Positions 9,560 to 17,378 of a DNA stretch of 64,000 nt are shown here, piece by piece. The stretch is taken from NCBI GenBank assembly GCA_934792465.1, contig CAKVOK010000008.1, positions 3,206 through 67,205 on the forward strand, read 5' to 3'. A model generated the notes under the pieces. It had not been told where the DNA came from. It did no database searches and saw only the letters and a list, made by a program, of their open reading frames with translations. This stretch comes from an uncultured Clostridia bacterium (GTDB lineage: Bacteria > Bacillota > Clostridia > RUG12999). Each line of letters begins with the position of its first letter. Position 1 is the first letter of the stretch. A program made the position numbers and the translations under genes.

Positions 9560-10814
9560 TTTTATTCTCCCTCACGGTATCAAATAAAGAAAGTTGGTGA
9601 TAGGCAGTATCGTTTTCCACGAGTTTAAGCCCTACGGCTTGGGGTGAAAACTGGAGCATAGATGCGTTTTTATAACTGTCTGCGGTGACAATAAAATATT
9701 TGGCACGCTTCAAGACTACACCAATGGCTTTCAGATTTTGCATGGTAAGCTTGCTGTGCCTTCTGGCGCTTATTATCCTTTTGGCAGATAAAACACCTAT
9801 TCCCGGTACACGTAAAATCGTATGATAATCCGCTTTGTTTATATCTACGGGGAAAATCTGCGGATTGCGCAGCGCCCATGCGCATTTCGGGTCAACTCCG
9901 ACGGATAAAAACGGATTGTATTCGTCGAGAATTTCATCGGCACGGAATCCGTAATATCTCAAAAGCCAGTCTGCCTGATACAGCCTGTGTTCTCGAAGCA
10001 GGGGAGGGGCTGTGTCGAGAGCCGGCAGCTTTGGATCGCTGACTACGGGAACATATGCGCTGAAATAAATGCGCCTCAGTTTGAATTTATCATAAAGCCC
10101 CTGTGTCAGAGAGATTATCTGCAAATCGGTTTCGCCGCTTGCGCCTATTATCATTTGCGTGCTTTGACCGGCAGGAGCAAATGCCGGAGCATTTTTGAAG
10201 CTTTTTCGCTCAACGATGGAATTGCTTGATTCACAGGCTATTTGCTTCATCGGCGAGATAACAGCTTTGCGGCTTTTTTGCGGAGCTAAGCGTTTGAGTG
10301 AATTTTCGGACGGCAGCTCAATGTTTACACTTACTCTGTCCGCCAAGAGTCCGGCTTTTTTAATCAGTATATCGGAAGCACCCGGAATTATTTTGACATG
10401 GATATATCCGAAAAATTTATAGTTGTTGCGGAGCAGTTCAAGAGTTTTTATAATCAGCTCCATTGTATAATCCGGATTTTTTATAACTGCGGAGCTTAAA
10501 AAAAGTCCTTCAATATAATTTCTTTTATAAAACTCGATTGTCAGATCCGCCACTTCTTTCGGAGTAAATTCCGCGCGGGGAATATCGTTGCTTCGTCTGT
10601 TGAGACAATATGCGCAATCATATATACAATTATTTGAAAAAAGTATTTTAAGCAGAGAAACACAGCGTCCGTCGGCAGACCAGGAATGGCATATTCCGGC
10701 GGCGTTGCCGTCGCCCAGACCTCCGCTGTTTTTGCGCTTGCTGCCGCTGGAAGCGCATGACGCATCATATTTTGCACTGTCCGCAAGTATTTTCAGTTTT
10801 TCTGAAACAGTCAT
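9543..10814 (-). CDS. Putative DNA modification/repair radical SAM protein (TIGR03916 family)
   Basis: LKILADSAKYDASCASSGS..., radical-SAM cluster CIYDCAYC, and a C-terminal HhH-like region (ILRVPGIGVLSAKRII). AAGGAG sits 8 nt before the ATG at 10814. The tabulated GTG at 10823 overlaps the RBS. Confidence 0.85.
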   Translation of the reverse strand: MTVSEKLKILADSAKYDASCASSGSKRKNSGGLGDGNAAGICHSWSADGRCVSLLKILFSNNCIYDCAYCLNRRSNDIPRAEFTPKEVADLTIEFYKRNYIEGLFLSSAVIKNPDYTMELIIKTLELLRNNYKFFGYIHVKIIPGASDILIKKAGLLADRVSVNIELPSENSLKRLAPQKSRKAVISPMKQIACESSNSIVERKSFKNAPAFAPAGQSTQMIIGASGETDLQIISLTQGLYDKFKLRRIYFSAYVPVVSDPKLPALDTAPPLLREHRLYQADWLLRYYGFRADEILDEYNPFLSVGVDPKCAWALRNPQIFPVDINKADYHTILRVPGIGVLSAKRIISARRHSKLTMQNLKAIGVVLKRAKYFIVTADSYKNASMLQFSPQAVGLKLVENDTAYHQLSLFDTVRENKNVLLI

Positions 10815-10831
10815 ATAAAACACTCCTTAAA

Positions 10832-10845
10832 AGAACGTTAGTTCT
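10832..10845. promoter_or_regulatory. LexA (Cheo/SOS) box 1
   Basis: AGAACGTTAGTTCT is a perfect GAAC-N4-GTTC palindrome. It lies immediately downstream of the -10 of the radical-SAM promoter. Confidence 0.65.
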
Positions 10846-10874
10846 ATTATACCACAAAACTTTTAATTTGTCAA
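10846..10874 (-). promoter_or_regulatory. Sigma-A promoter of the radical-SAM/TIGR03915 operon
   Basis: On the minus strand: TTGACA (10874-10869), 17 bp, TATAAT (10851-10846), with an extended TG. Confidence 0.6.
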
Positions 10875-10885
10875 ACATTTGTTCT
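10872..10885. promoter_or_regulatory. LexA (Cheo/SOS) box 2 (one core mismatch)
   Basis: CAAACATTTGTTCT (AAAC-N4-GTTC) overlaps the -35 of the radical-SAM promoter. Confidence 0.45.
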
Positions 10886-10909
10886 TAAATTTATAAAAAT
10901 AACAATTAC

Positions 10910-10938
10910 TTGACATTTTTTTTGCGTTATGATAAAAT
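10910..10938 (+). promoter_or_regulatory. Sigma-A promoter of the helicase operon
   Basis: TTGACA (10910-10915), 17 bp, TAAAAT (10933-10938), preceded by TGA (extended -10 like). Confidence 0.55.
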
Positions 10939-10956
10939 ATATATATCAGAATTTAT

Positions 10957-13900
10957 TTGAAAGGTAATGTTTTCGTGAATTTTTTAAGATTTGACAACAG
11001 CATTAATTTTAAACTTAATATTTATACCCGCATTAATTCCATTGCGTTTTCCGAAATGTGCGAAATATTCGGAAACAAGTCCGAACCGTCGAAAGAAATA
11101 AAGCTGATTTTTTCAGGCAAATATTCATTTGATACATACATATCAAACACAGGTAATGACAAAAACGAAATCAGTATCGTAATAGCGACAGACACGGACA
11201 AAAAGACAAACGCCGCTTTTTTGAAACCCCTGCAAGGATTTACAATATCTATGTTTGCCGTGGTAACCGATGACGGGATTTTTATTACGAAAGTGATAAA
11301 AGCGCCCGGAATCGTAGGCAATGTTTCAAACAGATGCGTAAAATGTGCCTTGACGTTCGATTCGACAGGGAACAACGGCGGCACACCGCTTCCGGAGGAT
11401 ATATGCGAAACGGTGCGGCAGCTTGCACCTATAGGTGCGAGCGATATTTCGGAGGATATTGCGGCGTGGGACGAGTATCTTAAAATAATGGAACGGTATG
11501 CGCATTTTGACGAATGTACAGTGAAATATTCTTCGGTAGAAAACGGAAAAAATCAGTTTTCCGTTGTGTTTTATACAGAAGAAAATAAGCTCAATCAGCA
11601 TCATATAAATTCATCCGTAATGCTTGTCGAACGCTGTTATGAAGAAAACGGCGATACCGTATTTTGCGGCGATATGTTCGGCACGATTACAGGATTTGAA
11701 AGCGACAGCATTACCGTGTTGCTTGATGAACCTTTCAAGGAAAACTTTGAATTTCCGAGAAACGGCGTTTTGCATATAACAAAACACGGCGATTTGGTTC
11801 AGATAAAGCGTATGCGCAGCGGACTTAAACGATTTTCAAACGGACGTGCATTGAACCCGTATCTCGATTTGTTCATGTTCAATTCGGCAAAGGCACGTGT
11901 TCCGAATAAGTTTATAGATTTGTCCGATGAGAAGCTTCTGATGAAAAATATGAATGAGGAACAGCGTAAAGCCGTCTGTGGCGCTTTGAGCAGCGAAGAT
12001 ATGTTCCTGATACAGGGACCGCCCGGAACCGGCAAAACCACGGCAATTGCGGAAATATGCTATCAAAATGCGCTTATGGGCAAAAAAACATTGATTGCCT
12101 CGCAAACAAATTTAGCCGTTGACAACGCATTGAGCAGACTTGCTTCAAACCCCAAAATCCGTGCGTTAAGACGAGGAAACGAAAAGTCCGTGCAACGGGA
12201 GGGACTTGCGTTTACGGAGGACAACGTTATTTCAACGTGGATTGAAAGAACAACGGCTGCCTGTAAAGAAAATTCGGAGAAATACGAAAAGACTATATTT
12301 GAGCTTGCGGAACTTGAAAAAGCACTTGAAAAGCCTTGCACACTTCACGAAAAATATATAAACGATACGGCGGAACGGCGTGATACCGCTTTGCGCAACA
12401 GGCTACTCGAAAAACTGCTGAATTTCGGAAAAAGGGATTGCGAAGAGCTGGAATGTGATATTGAAAAATTTAAGGAAAACCATGACAGTGCCGTTATAAA
12501 ACGTGCGCTTATGGCGGAACTTGGTGATTTCAAATGCAGCGAAACGGCGGCGGAGCTTCTGAACGAGAAGAAAAAAGCGCTTGAAGAAGCACTTGCAAAG
12601 TCCAACAGCGCAGTTACGGGAGTGGAACTTGTGCAAAACGCGCTTAAAACGGTGTCGGCTTGCAGGGAAAGCCTTGATCGTGCGTTTGAGATAACACGCC
12701 CCAAATATTCGGAATTTATATTAAATCCCGCAGTTCTCACAAAATCGGGAATTATGCAGCTTTATGCAGAACTTTCGACGCAGACGGACGATTTGCTGAA
12801 GCATATACCGGGCGGATTTTTCAGGATGTTCAATTTGTATGGCAGATGGAACAGAAAGGCTATGCCGATATATGAAAGACTGGTATGTGCGGAAGCTGAT
12901 TTGAAGCTTACTTTGCCGGTTTTTAAAGAGGAAGAACGTTTTGTTTTCGCAAAATATTCGGTTGACGAAAAAATTGAAGAGGCATACAGCACATTAAAAG
13001 AAATATCCGATGATTATAAAGCATATATAGAAACTCTGGAAACGGAACATAATGAGAATATCAGAAAATTAAAGGAGCTTTCGGATTTGGGCGAGGAACT
13101 CTTCGATGCCTTGCGTGAATTTGACAAAAAAATTCCCGAAAAATTCAAAAGAAAAACTCCGGAAGAAGCTATGCACGAAGAAAATTTGCGTGAATATTAC
13201 AAATCCGTATGGAGTACGGAGCTTTACTGTGCGCAGTCGCTGAAAGTGCTGACGCAGAAATGGATAAAGCGTATAAATTCGGGCAATCGTGAAGATTATG
13301 AGGAATTGAAACGGATTTATATCAATAACGCAAACGTAATAGGTATAACGTGCAGCGGCAGCGGCAGCAGTGAGTTTATGCAAAGTTATCCGGAGTTTGA
13401 TATGGTTATCATAGACGAGGTCAGCAAGGCAACACCACCGGAGCTTATTTTGCCGGCACTTAAAGCAAAAACAATTGTGTTGGTTGGCGACCATAAGCAG
13501 CTTCCGCCAATGATAGGCAGCGACACGTATGAGGAAATATCGGAAGAACTCGGCGATGAACGCCTGAACCGTATGAAAATAAGTCTTTTTGAAAGCCTGT
13601 ATCTTAATGCGCCGTCGGATTTGAAAGTAATGTTAAGAAAACAATATCGTATGCACAGCCAGATTATGAATACGATAAATCAGTTTTATGCGGAGGAAGG
13701 CGGGCTTATATGCGGTCTTGACGATGCTTGCCATGAGCATGGCATTGAAGGCGGATTTATAAAAAAAGATGTCCATGCCATGTGGGTATATACTCCGTAT
13801 GAATCGAGATTTAAAGAAAAAAGGGATGATACCAGCTTCTATAATGATTACGAGGTTCTGTGCATCGAAAAAATACTCGAACAGCTTAACGAAAATGCGA

Positions 13901-14265
13901 GAAGAAAAGGAATAAAAAAAGAAGTCGGTGTAATCACGTTTTATTCAGGGCAGACAGAACGGCTGTACGGCAGGATTTCGGACAGGCAGTTTGACAATCT
14001 TGATATACGCATAGGCACCGTGGACAAGTTCCAGGGCGTTGAAAAGCCTGTTATCATATGCAGCTTTGTGCGAAACAACCCGATGTGCGACATAGGATTT
14101 GCGAAAGACCCGCGGCGTATAAACGTTGCGCTTTCACGTGCGCAGGAGCTTCTGATTATAGTGGGGTGCAGCGAGATGTTCTGCATGGCGGACGAGAAAT
14201 ATGCCGCCGTATTTAATACCATTAAAGAAATCGGAGGTGATACCGATGCTCTGGACATCGTTTGA
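10957..14265 (+). CDS. Upf1/DNA2-NAM7-like superfamily-1 helicase with an unassigned N-terminal domain of about 330 aa and a long coiled-coil insertion
   Basis: Walker A LIQGPPGTGKTT, Ia LIASQTNLAVDN, II VIIDEVSKATPPE, III LVGDHKQLPP, then KQYRMHSQI, VITFYSGQ, GTVDKFQGVEKPVII and RRINVALSRAQ. The start is uncertain: TTG at 10957 or GTG at 10975, the latter preceded by AAAGG. Confidence 0.85.
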   Translation: MKGNVFVNFLRFDNSINFKLNIYTRINSIAFSEMCEIFGNKSEPSKEIKLIFSGKYSFDTYISNTGNDKNEISIVIATDTDKKTNAAFLKPLQGFTISMFAVVTDDGIFITKVIKAPGIVGNVSNRCVKCALTFDSTGNNGGTPLPEDICETVRQLAPIGASDISEDIAAWDEYLKIMERYAHFDECTVKYSSVENGKNQFSVVFYTEENKLNQHHINSSVMLVERCYEENGDTVFCGDMFGTITGFESDSITVLLDEPFKENFEFPRNGVLHITKHGDLVQIKRMRSGLKRFSNGRALNPYLDLFMFNSAKARVPNKFIDLSDEKLLMKNMNEEQRKAVCGALSSEDMFLIQGPPGTGKTTAIAEICYQNALMGKKTLIASQTNLAVDNALSRLASNPKIRALRRGNEKSVQREGLAFTEDNVISTWIERTTAACKENSEKYEKTIFELAELEKALEKPCTLHEKYINDTAERRDTALRNRLLEKLLNFGKRDCEELECDIEKFKENHDSAVIKRALMAELGDFKCSETAAELLNEKKKALEEALAKSNSAVTGVELVQNALKTVSACRESLDRAFEITRPKYSEFILNPAVLTKSGIMQLYAELSTQTDDLLKHIPGGFFRMFNLYGRWNRKAMPIYERLVCAEADLKLTLPVFKEEERFVFAKYSVDEKIEEAYSTLKEISDDYKAYIETLETEHNENIRKLKELSDLGEELFDALREFDKKIPEKFKRKTPEEAMHEENLREYYKSVWSTELYCAQSLKVLTQKWIKRINSGNREDYEELKRIYINNANVIGITCSGSGSSEFMQSYPEFDMVIIDEVSKATPPELILPALKAKTIVLVGDHKQLPPMIGSDTYEEISEELGDERLNRMKISLFESLYLNAPSDLKVMLRKQYRMHSQIMNTINQFYAEEGGLICGLDDACHEHGIEGGFIKKDVHAMWVYTPYESRFKEKRDDTSFYNDYEVLCIEKILEQLNENARRKGIKKEVGVITFYSGQTERLYGRISDRQFDNLDIRIGTVDKFQGVEKPVIICSFVRNNPMCDIGFAKDPRRINVALSRAQELLIIVGCSEMFCMADEKYAAVFNTIKEIGGDTDALDIV

Positions 14266-15802
14266 TTATATAGACGAAACCGTGAAAAAAGCGGTTCGCC
14301 TTATGCCGGGACTGGAGGCTGTGTCGTATAGGGAATTCAGCCTGCCGCTTGAATATTGCGAAGTTAAATTCAAAGTGAGCACCGGCAGAAAAGCAGATAT
14401 TACGGAACAATTTGTTTTGGAAAGCCTCGGATATAATTTTAAGGTAACACCGGCATTTTTGGCTAAAGTATTCGGTATTGACGGCGTATTTACGGAGGAA
14501 TGTGTAAAGCGGCTTAAGCGGCTTAAAATAGTCAAGGAAGAAGATGATTCCATACGGCTGACAAAGCTCGGAAAGGTATTTGCTTCCGGCGGATACCTGC
14601 CGGACGGCAGCGAGGAAAAAAGCATAGGCTTTTACTATGAGAAAAAATTCGGTATGTATTATATATCGGACAGCGGATTTTGTCCGATATACGATAAATA
14701 TGACAAGCTTACAATGCCGGAAAAGACAAAGTTTATAAGCAGAGAGCTTATAGTCGCAGCGGCAAAGGATAAGGGCGAAAATCCCGAAAATATCGGCGAG
14801 GGCAAAATAATAAACGAATTTGTAAGCTTTAATAAGACGCCGGCAGGCAAAACCGATTATATTGAAATATGGCTTTATGACATTGTGAACGAAAAGCTGA
14901 TATGCAAGATTTATGACAAGGCGAAAAGCATATTCCGTGACGATATGGCGGAATATATCGAAAACAGCGTATGCCCGGCAGACATAACGGTGAACGGCAT
15001 ATACGAAATAATTAAAGGCAATGAATACGCAAAAGAACCGAGCGAGCCTTTTAAAAGGGCAAGGCTTGTGTATGCGGACGCACGCTTTGAGGGGACAAGT
15101 ATAAACGATGATATTGTGCTTGCGGATTGTTTTGATATTGAAAAGTATTTTGATAAATATACGCAGAACATATCGGGCAGAATATATATGATTTCGCCGT
15201 GGCTTTACGGAGAGGTGTTCGACGAGAAAATGCTCGGAATCATAAAGAATGTCGATTTTATCGTAATCGGCAGAAACAAAGGTCTTATGAAAAGCGGCGA
15301 TACGGAAAATATGCTTTTGAATTCGACCGACAGCCGGGGAATACCGAACGTGCTTATTTGCAGTATTTTATCCGGAAACAAGGTGTTCTGCACAGAGAAC
15401 GTATATATGGAGGGAAGCACCGACTATACCGAACAGCAGGATTTTTATATGCCGGGCGAAACCGTATGCATATGCCGCAGCGGCGCATATTTCAAAAGGC
15501 TTGAAGATATGTTTCTCGAAACCGTGGAACGTGAAATTATAACAGATGATTCACGTAAAATTATAGCGTGTCTGAATTTTTGTCTTAAATGCGGAAAAGT
15601 GGATTTGATGAACAGACTGGCGGCAGCCGTTATAAATATGTTCAAAAATAATAAAACCGTAATTCGGAATGTGTTTGTATTTCTGAAAATAAACGGTATG
15701 CTGGAAATAAACGATGATAATAAGGATATGCTGAAATCGGTGGGTCTGACGGACGAAAATTATAATATACTGCACGAAAAATGGAGTTTTATATGGAACT
15801 GA
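14246..15802 (+). CDS. Hypothetical protein: predicted N-terminal winged-helix region plus C-terminal degenerate PLD-like region (helicase partner)
   Basis: GGAGG sits 8 nt before the ATG at 14246, and the gene overlaps the helicase stop by 20 nt. wHTH-like stretch: ITEQFVLESLGYNFKVTPAFLAKVFGIDGVFTEECVKRLKRLKIVKEEDDSIRLTKLG. PLD-like stretch: RIYMISPWLY...VDFIVIGRN...SGNKVFCTENVYMEGSTDYT. Functional assignment is inference only. Confidence 0.6.
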   Translation: MLWTSFDYIDETVKKAVRLMPGLEAVSYREFSLPLEYCEVKFKVSTGRKADITEQFVLESLGYNFKVTPAFLAKVFGIDGVFTEECVKRLKRLKIVKEEDDSIRLTKLGKVFASGGYLPDGSEEKSIGFYYEKKFGMYYISDSGFCPIYDKYDKLTMPEKTKFISRELIVAAAKDKGENPENIGEGKIINEFVSFNKTPAGKTDYIEIWLYDIVNEKLICKIYDKAKSIFRDDMAEYIENSVCPADITVNGIYEIIKGNEYAKEPSEPFKRARLVYADARFEGTSINDDIVLADCFDIEKYFDKYTQNISGRIYMISPWLYGEVFDEKMLGIIKNVDFIVIGRNKGLMKSGDTENMLLNSTDSRGIPNVLICSILSGNKVFCTENVYMEGSTDYTEQQDFYMPGETVCICRSGAYFKRLEDMFLETVEREIITDDSRKIIACLNFCLKCGKVDLMNRLAAAVINMFKNNKTVIRNVFVFLKINGMLEINDDNKDMLKSVGLTDENYNILHEKWSFIWN

Positions 15803-16224
15803 ACAATCTTAAAGAAAGTTATGTAAAAGACCTTGCGGATATTGAGAAAGAATGCTTTGAAGCACCCTGGACAGAAACGGCATTTTTAAAAGATATAACG
15901 AATGAAAATGCCGTATATTCCATAGCGGATGCGGACGGAAGTGCAATAGGATATATAGGCGGTTACGTTGCTTTCGATACCGTGTATATAAATAATATCG
16001 CAGTAAAATCAGATTACCGAAATATGGGAGTAGGCACTGCTCTGCTGAAAGATTTCATAAACAAAACGAAAAATAAAATACTTACGCTTGAAGTCCGAAA
16101 AAACAATACGGCGGCGATACATTTGTACAATAAATTCGGGTTTGATACGGTGGGCGAACGCAAAGGCTTTTATTCCAAACCGAAAGAGGATGCACTTATA
16201 ATGACAAGGGAGATTCAAGAATGA
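15793..16224 (+). CDS. rimI: GNAT acetyltransferase, ribosomal-protein-alanine N-acetyltransferase (RimI)-like
   Basis: DIEKECFEAPWTETAF..., NIAVKSDYRNMGVGTALL and LEVRKNNTAAIHLYNKFGF are typical of RimI-type GNATs. GGAG sits 6 nt before the ATG at 15793. Confidence 0.7.
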   Translation: MELNNLKESYVKDLADIEKECFEAPWTETAFLKDITNENAVYSIADADGSAIGYIGGYVAFDTVYINNIAVKSDYRNMGVGTALLKDFINKTKNKILTLEVRKNNTAAIHLYNKFGFDTVGERKGFYSKPKEDALIMTREIQE

Positions 16225-17357
16225 AACCGCTCGGTATAATATGCGAATACAATCCGTTTCATACGGGACATAAATATCAAATCGAGAAAACGCTCGAACG
16301 GTGCAACAGCGTTGTATGTGCGATGAGCGGCAGCTTTACGCAAAGAGGGGAAGCAGCGCTGTTTGATAAATATACACGTGCAAAATGCGCCGTGATGTGC
16401 GGTGCAAGTCTTGTGGTGGAGCTGCCGTTTTTTGCGGCGGTGTCAAGCGCAAATTATTTTGCGGAATACGGTGTTCGCCTTTTGTCGAGAATATGCTCCG
16501 GCATATCGTTCGGCAGTGAGTGCGGAAGCATTGAAGAACTGAAAAACCGAGGGGAAGCGTCGGCGGAAGAGATAAAGCAACGCCTTAAAGAGGGCAGAAG
16601 CTATGCGTCGGCGGTGTCTGTCGCAGACAGAGGCACTCCGAATGACATTCTCGGTATGGAATATCTGCGTGCAGCGGAAAAATATAATATGACGGCAATG
16701 ACTGTAAAACGCTGCGGAGAGGGATATGACAGCGAAAATGCGGCCGGAGATTTTATAAGTGCCGCCGCCTGCCGAAAATATGTTTTAAACGGCGAAATCG
16801 AGCGGATATTGAAGTATATCCCGAAAGAAGTTCGGTATATTTTTGAAGAATGTACGAAAAGCGGCGACTATGCCGTGACGCCGGATATTCTTGCGGTAAT
16901 ATTGCGGTATAATAAGAATGCTCTTGCGGATAATCCGTATATCAAAGAGGGAATAGAGAACCGATTTTACGAAGCGGCGGATATGTTCGTACACAACAGC
17001 GATATTCTTAGTTACGTCAAGTCGAAGAGATATACAATGACGATGCTTTCGAGGATTGCCGCCTGTGCGTATGTCGGACTGAAAAAGCAGGATTTTTTGA
17101 AATACATGAACGGCGGTGTCGAATATATACGTGTGCTTGCAGCCGATAAAAAAGGCATGGAAATCGTTTCGCAGCTGAAAAAGAACGGCGAAACGATTGT
17201 TGTAAATTACAGCGATTCAAAAAATCTGTCACCAATCGGAAAAGAAATATTCGAGCTTGAAAAAAAGGCTTCGGATATACGTCTGCTCGGCATGAAAAAT
17301 TCGGCATTGCAGAAAAACGAATATACAAATAAATTTGAAATCACGACACGTCCCTAA
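16221..17357 (+). CDS. tmcAL: tRNA(Met) cytidine acetate ligase TmcAL (UPF0348/DUF795 nucleotidyltransferase)
   Basis: N-terminal GIICEYNPFHTGHKYQI (HxGH nucleotidyltransferase motif) and the size match YlbM/TmcAL. ATGA overlap with rimI. Confidence 0.8.
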   Translation: MKPLGIICEYNPFHTGHKYQIEKTLERCNSVVCAMSGSFTQRGEAALFDKYTRAKCAVMCGASLVVELPFFAAVSSANYFAEYGVRLLSRICSGISFGSECGSIEELKNRGEASAEEIKQRLKEGRSYASAVSVADRGTPNDILGMEYLRAAEKYNMTAMTVKRCGEGYDSENAAGDFISAAACRKYVLNGEIERILKYIPKEVRYIFEECTKSGDYAVTPDILAVILRYNKNALADNPYIKEGIENRFYEAADMFVHNSDILSYVKSKRYTMTMLSRIAACAYVGLKKQDFLKYMNGGVEYIRVLAADKKGMEIVSQLKKNGETIVVNYSDSKNLSPIGKEIFELEKKASDIRLLGMKNSALQKNEYTNKFEITTRP

Positions 17358-17378
17358 TAAGAGCGTGCCGTGATTCTT

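Noticed and set aside
10957-14265. The large SF1 helicase as part of a mobile element (conjugative relaxase/TraA, Helitron-like, or prophage replication helicase).
   Set aside because: There is no relaxase or HUH domain, and no integrase, transposase, repeats or phage genes flank it. The neighbours are housekeeping genes, and the composition does not visibly differ from the surroundings.
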